Origin: an uncultured bacterium
GTDB lineage: Bacteria > SAR324 > NAC60-12
Direction of reading: 5' to 3'
DNA: 13,079 nt
Assembly (NCBI GenBank): GCA_965662845.1
Contig: CBFIJD010000058.1
Span: 1 to 13,079 of the forward strand
Under the pieces are notes generated by a model that made no database searches, was not told the origin of the DNA, and worked only from the letters and a program-made list of their open reading frames with translations. The position numbers and the translations under genes were made by a program. This document shows, piece by piece, positions 5,987 to 13,079 of this stretch. The number at the start of each line of letters is the position of its first letter. The first letter of the stretch is position 1.

Positions 5987-7648
5987 TTACCTATTCAGGT
6001 TGTTAAATCTGTCCCCAAAAAACTCCCATCCTTCCTCTAAAGGTTGGCCCACGTTCCGCTCCCACCAGCTGCGGTCTTCAGAGGCCGGAGTCGGAGCCGG
6101 AGCCGGTGCAGGAGCAGGTGAGGGAGAATCCCCCCGCAGAACCGCACCAGTTTCGGGGTGGACTTGAGGGTTGGGCGTCGACTCTGGCTTGAACCAATTC
6201 AAGGACGTGCCGTACCGTTTTTGATACTGTTCGCCTGTTGAGGTGTCGTAGGAATTATAGATGCCGTTCGCTTCGCTTACTAGACGTCTCTTTAGTTGGT
6301 TTGCCTGTGCCAAATAGTAACCTTTGTCTTTCAGAAACGCCCTTACATTGCTCAGATCCCCTTCCGTGGGGTCAGTGATAATGGCATTCAGCAGGTCGAG
6401 ATCAGCGCCTTGCAGTGCCCCCAACCCATAACGAGAGTCTTTGATTCGGAGTTGCAAATCTTTGAACAGGGTTTTCAGGCTCGCAAGCTGTGGGGAGTTT
6501 TGCGTGATTTTCTTTGCGGGGTCGATGTCAATGTCCCTCAAAACGCTCTCGTACTCCTCCAGCTGCTGGAGGTCAGCCAGCAAATCGCGAACTTTCTCTT
6601 TATCCTCTTGGGGCATAGGTTTGATCAACCGCCCTGACTGCACCTCAATCTCAGAGACCAGTCCCTTTTGCTCTGCCTGGTTAAGAGCTTTGAAATTAGG
6701 AGGCGCAGTAAACTGGCTATCGGGGATGTAGGTTGTCCCATCATTATAGGTTTCCGGTCGTAGGTATTTTTCATAGTAGCGGCTATAGGCGTTCATATAC
6801 TCAGGGCTGTCTAACGAAATCTTCCCGCTCTCTCCTCTGTTCAGGGCATCAATCATGCGCTCATCGGCCTCCGTTGGCCTAGACGGTTCTTGAGGCTGCT
6901 CCCACTGACTGATCGCCTTAACCAAATCGTCCTTGTCATAGCTCGCATAGTCATCTGCGTTGCCCCCAGTTTTTTCAGCCAAACGCGCTCGCAGATTCTG
7001 CAGCTGTTGTTGTTGAGCCTGCTGCTCTGGGGAGGGGAACATGCGCCGGTATTGGTTTGTGAGCGTTTCGGTGTCCAGCGACTGCAGTCGGTTGCGCAGC
7101 CTCACTTGGTCTGTCTTTGTTGGTTGACTCTCCAGCATCTCTTGAATCATTGTCCGCCGTCGTCTGCCTTCTTCTTCTCTCTCACGTCGTCTCTGTGCGG
7201 ACTGACTGTCCACCTGAGCAGACAGCCGGTTTTTGTAAAAGGTATCGGCGTTGGTGCGCTGTTCGAGTAATCTGTTCTCAAATTTTTGCTGGTTCCGCTT
7301 GGCCTCGGCTTCCTTTTCCTTTTGTTGTTGATCCCGCACCCGTTTCGTCGTGTTCCCGTATCCCTGCAAGTAGCCCCCAAGTCCTGCAGAGAGCGCGGCG
7401 CCTAGTCCGACGTCGTTGGGGTTCGTGGAGTACCGAGGGGCCGAGAGCAGACCCAGACCGGCACGCAGCAGCCCCATGCGCACAGGGTCGTCATAAAGAG
7501 CCGTGCGGGGGGTGTCGTCCTCCGAGTCCTCCGAGTCGTCCAGCAGGCCCGAAACCCTCGGCATCGAGAACTCCGGCCACTCCGGCCACCGGACTCTATA
7601 GCGTTTGTCCCCGAGGCCAAATTCAAATAACGATTTTGAGTCATCCAT
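5987..7648 (-). CDS. Putative internal virion / DNA ejection protein 2 (553 aa)
   Basis: RBS AGGAG. Gly/Leu-rich membrane-like segment (GLLRAGLGLLSA...GLGAALSAGLGGYLQGY), then Q/E/R coiled coil, and a PAPAPAP linker near the C-terminus. Confidence 0.7.
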   Translation of the reverse strand: MDDSKSLFEFGLGDKRYRVRWPEWPEFSMPRVSGLLDDSEDSEDDTPRTALYDDPVRMGLLRAGLGLLSAPRYSTNPNDVGLGAALSAGLGGYLQGYGNTTKRVRDQQQKEKEAEAKRNQQKFENRLLEQRTNADTFYKNRLSAQVDSQSAQRRREREEEGRRRRTMIQEMLESQPTKTDQVRLRNRLQSLDTETLTNQYRRMFPSPEQQAQQQQLQNLRARLAEKTGGNADDYASYDKDDLVKAISQWEQPQEPSRPTEADERMIDALNRGESGKISLDSPEYMNAYSRYYEKYLRPETYNDGTTYIPDSQFTAPPNFKALNQAEQKGLVSEIEVQSGRLIKPMPQEDKEKVRDLLADLQQLEEYESVLRDIDIDPAKKITQNSPQLASLKTLFKDLQLRIKDSRYGLGALQGADLDLLNAIITDPTEGDLSNVRAFLKDKGYYLAQANQLKRRLVSEANGIYNSYDTSTGEQYQKRYGTSLNWFKPESTPNPQVHPETGAVLRGDSPSPAPAPAPAPTPASEDRSWWERNVGQPLEEGWEFFGDRFNNLNR

Positions 7649-7676
7649 TTTGGGTCTCCTGTCTCATAGTTTGCCG

Positions 7677-10307
7677 TTAGCCTCCGAGGAGGCCCGCTAA
7701 TCCTGCCGCGCCAATCAGCCAAGGGTTACTCGTCAACGCGGCCGCGCTCAACGCGGTGCCTGCGCCTGTTAGTAGCGGATTCGACTCATATCGAGGCTGG
7801 CTGGTGGTGACGATAGACCCGGTCGCAGGGCTGATCGCCGCGTTTCGGAGATCAATCTGTCTGCCAGGTTCTCCTAACTCCCTCTGGAACTCGCTGTAAA
7901 TAAAGTCCAAATCCTGCTGGTTTCTTCCGTCCTGCGCAGCACCTGCGCCCATCTGGTCGAGGATCGCACGGCGTTCATCCTCGCTCCGAGCTTGGGTTAG
8001 CGCGCTGAGGGCGTTCCCAGCAGAGAGGTTCAGGGCACCCGCGCTTTGGAGAGCGTTCTCTGCGAACTGAGCCTCGCTCGAGGCCAGACCTCTGCGGTTC
8101 TGGAGGTCTGCGGCGTCCAGACCCATCGCGTCGCTGAGGAGACCTGCGTTCAGCCCCATTGCGGAGCGATCCCCTGCGGCGTTGAGGCCCAGCGCGGATT
8201 CGTACAGACCGGCGTTGGCGTTCAGAGCCGCGAGCGCTCCTTGGGACTGCAGACCTTGGGCATTCAACGCCCCCTGCGATTGCAGGTTTTGGGCATTCAG
8301 TGCGCCCTGAGACTGCAGACCCCGCACATCTCGGAGGTCTCCGGCAGTCAAGTTTTGTCCCTGCAGGTTCCCTTGAGACTGCAGACCCCGAACATTTTGC
8401 ACATCGGAGGCGCTGAGGCCCAGACGCTGGAGGTTCTCCTGCTGGGCGAGATCTGCGGCCTGCTGGAATCCCTGAGACCTGAGCTGCCCGACAGCGGCGG
8501 CGGTTCGGTCTGCGAAGTTGCGGTTATTCTCGGCCTGCATCAGCGCCGCCCGGCTTCCCCCAAACGCCCCGGCTTTGGTCGCGTCCCCGCTGATCTGGTT
8601 TGCGGTCATCTGGCGCGCTCGGTCCATATCCCGCATCGTCTGGTTCACCACGCGGTCAGTGTATGGATCCTGAAAATCCTGCATCGCGTCCCGCAGACTC
8701 CGCTGCTGCTGGTAGTTCACCGGGCCTTGCAGACCCGCGTTGGCGTTCCCGAATGTCTGCGCCTGCATCCCTGCGTTCACATTCCGCATCCCTGCGTTCG
8801 CATTCTCCAGATTGGCGTTCGGGTTTGCGTAATTCGTTAGATCCGCTGTGTAGTCCTGAGACTGAAATAGGCTCGGTGCAACCGCAGTCTCGGAGGTCAG
8901 CCCTGATTGAAAATTCCCTGCTCCTGCTAACGGGCTGACGTTCCCATCGCTGTCTGGAGTCATGACCCCTTGAAACGTGCTGGCGTACGTAGCTGCTTTG
9001 TCCATCGCTGTTTCTGCGCTAGAGAATGGGTCATTCTCACCCCCATAGCGGTCGTTGTAGCGAGTCCCAAGGAGACCCTCTGCGGCTAGGGTGTTCGCGC
9101 TGGGGGCCGCAAACCTTTGGCGGTCGTATGCCTGAAACGGCGTCGGCATCTCGTCTGGAGTAATCGTGTTCTGATCGAACTGTTGCATCTGTTTGTCAAT
9201 CAGAGCCTGCACCTCGGCCTGTGTCATCCCCGCAGGGGTGTTGTTCCCGGAGTTCCCGGAATCCCCGTCTCCTGCGTCGTTATCCCCGTCGTCGTTGAAG
9301 TTGTAGTCGTCGTCGGAGTCATCGTCGTCGCGAGGAGGCGCGGTGGGTGGAGGCCCTGTGTACGAAGGGTCCCATGAGTCGATGTACTCAGAACCGTCCG
9401 AACCAGAGTCGGAACCAGAGTCGGAACCAGAGTCGGAACTAGATTGGGAGCCGGAGCCGCTGTTATTCCATGAGTCTGTATACCCAGATGTCCTCCCCGT
9501 AGACCGAGACGTGGGGCTGGCCCCCGGAAGGTAGCGGCCCGTCATCCGACCTGTGCTGGCGTTGGGAGCAGGGGAGAGGTATCCCGTCTGAGTTGCTGGA
9601 GTCGCAGGACTCTGGGTTTGCTGGTTTGGGGACTGCTGGCGCAGGTTGGCGTTGTTTGCCTTTAGATCCTGCAGGCGTTGGCGTTGTTGGGGGTCGTCGA
9701 TAATCTCTGCGCCCACTCGCTCAACCAGTCCGAGACCTGGGGACGACCCAGAGCCTCTGCTGGCGTTTTGCTGCACCGGGCTTGGAGGAGTCTCCCCGTA
9801 CAACTCGTAGCGGTTCCCGCCCATCGGAAGGAGGCCGGTGTTGGGCGATGGCGGAGACGCAGGTCTGGTGGTTCGCTGGTTCGCCGGATTCTGAGGGGAA
9901 TTATTCCAGAAGTCAGTAATGGTGTCGGGGGAGACCATGTTTTGCGTGTTCCACCCACCCGGAGGCGGAGGAGCAAACATTCCTCCGGAATTGATTCCAC
10001 CGGGAGGGAGCACCCCGCCTTGTTCCTCGATCAGATCCTGTGCCCTAGGGGACACTGGGTTCGCCGGAGGCGGTGGAGTCGGAGCGACCGGCCGCAGTCC
10101 TTGCATAGGGACTCCGGAGGCAGGTGTGCCATTTGCGTTGTACCCACGGATGCCTGAGTAGTCGCGGTCGAGAGTGCTGGCGCGGTAGTCAGGGTTGTTC
10201 GTGTAATACTTAGTCATGTCCATCGTGTTCTGGGCGTAGTCCAGCGCCCAGTCAGGGACGTTTTGTTGCGTGATCGTTTGATCTCCGCCTCCGTTTCCTC
10301 CGTACAT
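7677..10307 (-). CDS. Putative pilot / DNA transfer (ejection) protein 1 (876 aa)
   Basis: RBS AAGGAG and TAATG overlap with the upstream gene. N-terminal GGxGGG-T-rich-PxW motif, central DPY...AGAFGGSR...QGFQQA block, Q/N/A/G-rich composition and a hydrophobic Gly/Ala C-terminus. Confidence 0.75.
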   Translation of the reverse strand: MYGGNGGGDQTITQQNVPDWALDYAQNTMDMTKYYTNNPDYRASTLDRDYSGIRGYNANGTPASGVPMQGLRPVAPTPPPPANPVSPRAQDLIEEQGGVLPPGGINSGGMFAPPPPGGWNTQNMVSPDTITDFWNNSPQNPANQRTTRPASPPSPNTGLLPMGGNRYELYGETPPSPVQQNASRGSGSSPGLGLVERVGAEIIDDPQQRQRLQDLKANNANLRQQSPNQQTQSPATPATQTGYLSPAPNASTGRMTGRYLPGASPTSRSTGRTSGYTDSWNNSGSGSQSSSDSGSDSGSDSGSDGSEYIDSWDPSYTGPPPTAPPRDDDDSDDDYNFNDDGDNDAGDGDSGNSGNNTPAGMTQAEVQALIDKQMQQFDQNTITPDEMPTPFQAYDRQRFAAPSANTLAAEGLLGTRYNDRYGGENDPFSSAETAMDKAATYASTFQGVMTPDSDGNVSPLAGAGNFQSGLTSETAVAPSLFQSQDYTADLTNYANPNANLENANAGMRNVNAGMQAQTFGNANAGLQGPVNYQQQRSLRDAMQDFQDPYTDRVVNQTMRDMDRARQMTANQISGDATKAGAFGGSRAALMQAENNRNFADRTAAAVGQLRSQGFQQAADLAQQENLQRLGLSASDVQNVRGLQSQGNLQGQNLTAGDLRDVRGLQSQGALNAQNLQSQGALNAQGLQSQGALAALNANAGLYESALGLNAAGDRSAMGLNAGLLSDAMGLDAADLQNRRGLASSEAQFAENALQSAGALNLSAGNALSALTQARSEDERRAILDQMGAGAAQDGRNQQDLDFIYSEFQRELGEPGRQIDLRNAAISPATGSIVTTSQPRYESNPLLTGAGTALSAAALTSNPWLIGAAGLAGLLGG
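8055..8450 (-). repeat. Twelve consecutive 11-aa (33-bp) degenerate repeats in ejection protein 1
   Basis: LAQQENLQRLG LSASDVQNVRG LQSQGNLQGQN LTAGDLRDVRG LQSQGALNAQN LQSQGALNAQG LQSQGALAALN ANAGLYESALG LNAAGDRSAMG LNAGLLSDAMG LDAADLQNRRG LASSEAQFAEN. Confidence 0.85.
8765..8806 (+). repeat. 21-bp tandem duplication (NxNAGM heptad)
   Basis: gcatccctgcgttcacattcc / gcatccctgcgttcgcattct. Confidence 0.8.
9400..9443 (+). repeat. 12-bp coding tandem repeat (GAACCAGAGTCG x3 plus a partial copy) encoding SDSG repeats
   Basis: Perfect copies at 9400, 9412 and 9424, and a partial copy at 9436. Confidence 0.9.
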
Positions 10308-10759
10308 TATTCATCTCCTTGAATGAGGGAAAGCCGCATATCCATTGAAACCGCCTTCATTAGGTCATAGCCCCCGCACAAAAACGCGACCAGAGGGATA
10401 AACTCATTAACGTAATTCGACAGAACTTCACTTTTTAGTTGATGCTTTGTTGACGCCGACCGTTCTAAGAGGTTTGCGTCCTCCCACGCATTCCACGCGA
10501 CCACCTGTTGTGCGTCTAAAGCGGGTCGGTGTTTTTGGTAAAACGGGTTGTTAGGGATCGCAATCAACAGAGACGTGATGCACTGAATGACCTCCTTACT
10601 GGAGACAGGGTGGTCTTGGTCAAACAGGTCATCCACCTTTCGGGCAATGAATGCGATGTCGAGCAAATAACTTTTTGCGGCCTTATCCCCACAGCTAGCG
10701 ATGTCAACCAGGCGAACCAGCTGTTGATCAAATTTTTTTCTGGTCTCTTCCGAACTCAT
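10307..10759 (-). CDS. Helical protein with a DDxxD motif (isoprenoid-synthase-like fold suspected), 150 aa
   Basis: RBS GAGGTG. Overlaps both neighbours (ATGA and TAATG). Motifs KVDDLFDQD, IPNNPFY, WEDAN and LCGG. The function is inferred. Confidence 0.6.
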   Translation of the reverse strand: MSSEETRKKFDQQLVRLVDIASCGDKAAKSYLLDIAFIARKVDDLFDQDHPVSSKEVIQCITSLLIAIPNNPFYQKHRPALDAQQVVAWNAWEDANLLERSASTKHQLKSEVLSNYVNEFIPLVAFLCGGYDLMKAVSMDMRLSLIQGDE

Positions 10760-10971
10760 GCACCCACCTCCGTCCCGCTCACATTCCCCGCATCATCGAC
10801 TGTGATGGCGTAGCGAGTCCCGTTCGGAGAGCGGAGGATCAGACGCTGCTCAGGGGTGAGTTCAATATCCGCGTTTTTCTGATACGACGTCGTCAGCAGA
10901 CGCGCGATCTGCTGGAGCACAGACGCGAAAAACGCCTGACGATACGCTGTAGGGGGGCTGGGTAAAATCAC
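10756..10971 (-). CDS. Small tail-associated protein (71 aa)
   Basis: GTG start overlapping the upstream TGA, RBS GGAGG. LPSPPxxY N-terminus and a LILRSPNGTRYAITVDDAG beta-hairpin motif that I recall from small phage tail proteins. Confidence 0.7.
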   Translation of the reverse strand: MILPSPPTAYRQAFFASVLQQIARLLTTSYQKNADIELTPEQRLILRSPNGTRYAITVDDAGNVSGTEVGA

Positions 10972-12779
10972 CGGCGTCCTCCGATGTGGGTTTCAAATCG
11001 TGTGTTCCCGACCGTCCAGTCTCTGGCCAGACTCCCAGAGACGCTGTAGCGAATTTGACGGCCTTGCAGTCGAACGTCAATCTCCCCGTCGGCTTCCAGA
11101 GGGAACGCAGCGGACTCAACTTCGTCTGCGTCTGCAGCTGGAGACGTGTAGAACCGGTAGTTTACCGAACCAGCGACGTCCTGCTCCGAGTCCGTGTAGA
11201 TTTTGGAGATCCGGCTGTAGCGCTCCCCTTGCATCACATCGAGGGCGCCGGTCTCGGCCTCAGCGGTCTCGGTCTGCGCAGAAGTCCGAACCTCGTGCAG
11301 GTAAATCTGCGGGGGGCTCGCGGAGGAGTCCACGGCGATGGGGGCATTCAGAACTTGTTTATCAATCCACGCGTTCCGGGAGATCCCTGAGTTAGCAAAC
11401 GAATCACACCAGACATTATCTCGGTAGTTGTAGATCACATAGTATTCACATTGACCGGCGGTGCCTGTTTTGGAGGGGAAAAACCACCAAACCTCTCCGA
11501 ACTCACTGTTCCCCCCTGCGTAGATCAAGCCTTCCTGTGACCAATCGACGGTGCGCATGACCCGATCCTGAATCGGGGAAGGGAGCGGGCGGGCGTATCC
11601 GTCATAGATCCAGAAACCCTCGCGGTTGACCCACGTCGTGATCTCGCTGGAGGAGTGGATCGCATACGGACTCAGGGCACCAGCGTTGTCGGCGAGTTTT
11701 TGAATCCCGTAAACCAGAGGCGGACCGAGGTAGGTCAGCTGATGCACGTCTGTGTCGGTCCAGATCAGCACGCCCCCTTGCACAGAGCGCCCGCAAACAA
11801 TGAAACCGGTGGTCTGTAGCGGCAGGTCTCCGGCTGTGTTCACAGGGTCAGGCTGCCAGACGTCGACGGACTCTTGTGACGACCAGCGAATGGAGCGGAG
11901 GTCTCCGTCAGCGCCTAGAGCCAGCACGTGTCTCTCCTGTGTGACGAGCACGCTAACGGCAGTCGGTGCGTTTTCTTCAAACCCGTTCGCGGTGCTGATT
12001 ACTTGCGCTCTGATGTCGTCGGGGTCTCCTCCGACTTCCCCGACGTCCCCCTCCCAGTAAAATATTTTTTTGTAGCCGCTGTGGCAGCCGATCAGGTTCT
12101 GCCCGAAGTTGTCCAAGGACCAATGCGCAGTCCGGCTGTAGCTGGTCGAGCCTGCGCCTGCGTAGGTCGTCCCGTACTCGTAGTCCCCACCATAATAGTA
12201 GTAGCCGTAACCTGGTCGGAACACCGCGTCCCCTGTCGCCTGATAGCCTGTGGGAGTGATCTCCACCAGCCGCTGACGAGCCTCAGACGGAGTCACGGTC
12301 ACAGAGACGCTGGCGGAGGCATTCGCGGTTGTGTCCAAGGTGACGGTGTTCCCTGAGACCGCAGTGACGGTCGCGCTCGGAATCCCTGAACCTGAGACTC
12401 GATCTCCGACTTCATAGAGGGCGCCGCTTGTGACCGTGATCTGCGCAGACCCCGTGCTGGTCGAGGCTGTGTCCGTGAACGGTTCCGCGACCGTGATCTC
12501 CATGGCGTAGAGTTTTCCGTAAGCAGGGCTTTCCCCTGCGGTCGCGAGTGCCATCAGACCGACTCCGAGGTTATTTCTCCACTGGTGATGCCCTCGGACT
12601 GAGGAGTCTAGCTGCTCCGAGTTATTAGAGAGAGGGAACGCCGTCCAACCTCCTATCGGGCGGAGTCGGCCATCTCGGAACCGGACGTGGTTCCCACGGA
12701 TCCAACGGGACTTCACTTGACGAGGGGTGCCGTCGACAAACCCAGCGGGGATCTGCAGCTCCTGCAGCTTCTTAGGCAT
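10968..12779 (-). CDS. Tail nozzle / P22 gp10-like DNA stabilisation protein (603 aa)
   Basis: N-terminal IPAG...W..G.HVRFR.G....IGGW, then WSLDNFGQNL, IRWSSQE, VLIWTD and EVWWFFPS...YVIYNY. Beta-propeller-like composition, directly upstream of the ejection genes. Confidence 0.8.
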   Translation of the reverse strand: MPKKLQELQIPAGFVDGTPRQVKSRWIRGNHVRFRDGRLRPIGGWTAFPLSNNSEQLDSSVRGHHQWRNNLGVGLMALATAGESPAYGKLYAMEITVAEPFTDTASTSTGSAQITVTSGALYEVGDRVSGSGIPSATVTAVSGNTVTLDTTANASASVSVTVTPSEARQRLVEITPTGYQATGDAVFRPGYGYYYYGGDYEYGTTYAGAGSTSYSRTAHWSLDNFGQNLIGCHSGYKKIFYWEGDVGEVGGDPDDIRAQVISTANGFEENAPTAVSVLVTQERHVLALGADGDLRSIRWSSQESVDVWQPDPVNTAGDLPLQTTGFIVCGRSVQGGVLIWTDTDVHQLTYLGPPLVYGIQKLADNAGALSPYAIHSSSEITTWVNREGFWIYDGYARPLPSPIQDRVMRTVDWSQEGLIYAGGNSEFGEVWWFFPSKTGTAGQCEYYVIYNYRDNVWCDSFANSGISRNAWIDKQVLNAPIAVDSSASPPQIYLHEVRTSAQTETAEAETGALDVMQGERYSRISKIYTDSEQDVAGSVNYRFYTSPAADADEVESAAFPLEADGEIDVRLQGRQIRYSVSGSLARDWTVGNTRFETHIGGRR

Positions 12780-12933
12780 GGTCTCGCTCGTCCGTCTTTT
12801 TCTTCCCGATCACACCGGCTTTTTTCAACGCCGCGACGCCTGCCGCAGCTGCAGGCAGACCGACTCCCACCAGCACCAGCTCCAGCACTCCGGATGAAAC
12901 CGCGACGTTCAGGATTTCGACTGCTTCTTGCAT
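12772..12933 (-). CDS. Small membrane protein (53 aa), possibly holin-like
   Basis: Not in the ORF track. RBS AAGGGGA. Sequence MQEAVEILNVAVSSGVLELVLVGVGLPAAAAGVAALKKAGVIGKKKTDERDHA has a hydrophobic core and a basic tail. Its stop overlaps the next gene by 8 nt. Confidence 0.7.
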   Translation of the reverse strand: MQEAVEILNVAVSSGVLELVLVGVGLPAAAAGVAALKKAGVIGKKKTDERDHA

Positions 12934-13079
12934 CGTGTCCCCTTCTGTAGTGAATGAATCGTGACGGACTGTTCCACCTGTCGCTCTTCGAGCGCATGCA
13001 GCCGAGTCTGGAGTATGTGCAGCCGAGTCTCGAACTCTTTCAGGTCGTCTAGCAGTGCGATCACCAGCGCCTCGACGTT
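12909..13079 (-). CDS. Coiled-coil hypothetical protein (partial, start lies outside the window)
   Basis: Open frame ...NVEALVIALLDDLKEFETRLHILQTRLHALEERQVEQSVTIHSLQKGTRCKKQSKS* with heptad leucines. A 13-bp repeat tgcagccgagtct occurs at 12997 and 13018, 21 bp apart. Confidence 0.65.
   Translation of the reverse strand, partial: NVEALVIALLDDLKEFETRLHILQTRLHALEERQVEQSVTIHSLQKGTRCKKQSKS

Larger units (their letters stand above)
1..13079. mobile_element. Temperate phage genome segment (early genes, immunity/integration module, attP, virion tail/ejection module)
   Basis: CI-like repressor, tyrosine integrase, tRNA-derived att core and tightly overlapped podovirus-type virion genes. No host housekeeping genes are visible. 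Confidence 0.93.

Noticed and set aside
3737..12356. Numerous antisense or alternate-frame ORFs within the virion genes (e.g. 8046..8840, 7117..7680)
   Set aside because: They lie within or largely overlap long coherent CDSs, as expected from codon bias, and show no recognisable motifs.
12713..12997. Minus-strand 94-aa Arg/Ser/Cys-rich ORF
   Set aside because: It is an off-frame shadow of the two real ORFs (12909-13079 and 12772-12933) and overlaps the nozzle gene.

Overview
The whole window is a segment of a temperate, probably short-tailed (P22/podovirus-like) phage. No host genes are present. Left (1-1889, minus strand): an early operon under a sigma70-like promoter, comprising a hairpin-dense leader with an unannotated 58-aa ORF, two hypothetical genes sharing a repeated start motif, a Csx20/CARF-like candidate ring nuclease, and a truncated excisionase-like HTH gene. 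Centre (1900-3810): an XRE+S24 CI-like repressor coupled by an ATGA overlap to a tyrosine integrase. After it comes an apparently intact attP with the 3' half of a tRNA-Asn(GTT), candidate arm-type repeats and an IHF site. Right (3822-13079, minus strand): a virion module with a small membrane protein, a gp10/nozzle-like tail protein, a small accessory protein, a DDxxD helical protein and three large ejection (DNA transfer) proteins. Family assignments come from motifs recognised by eye and were not checked by database search. The top leads are the structured RNA in the Cro position, the possible anti-type III CRISPR ring nuclease, and the DDxxD protein coupled to a hendecad-repeat pilot protein.
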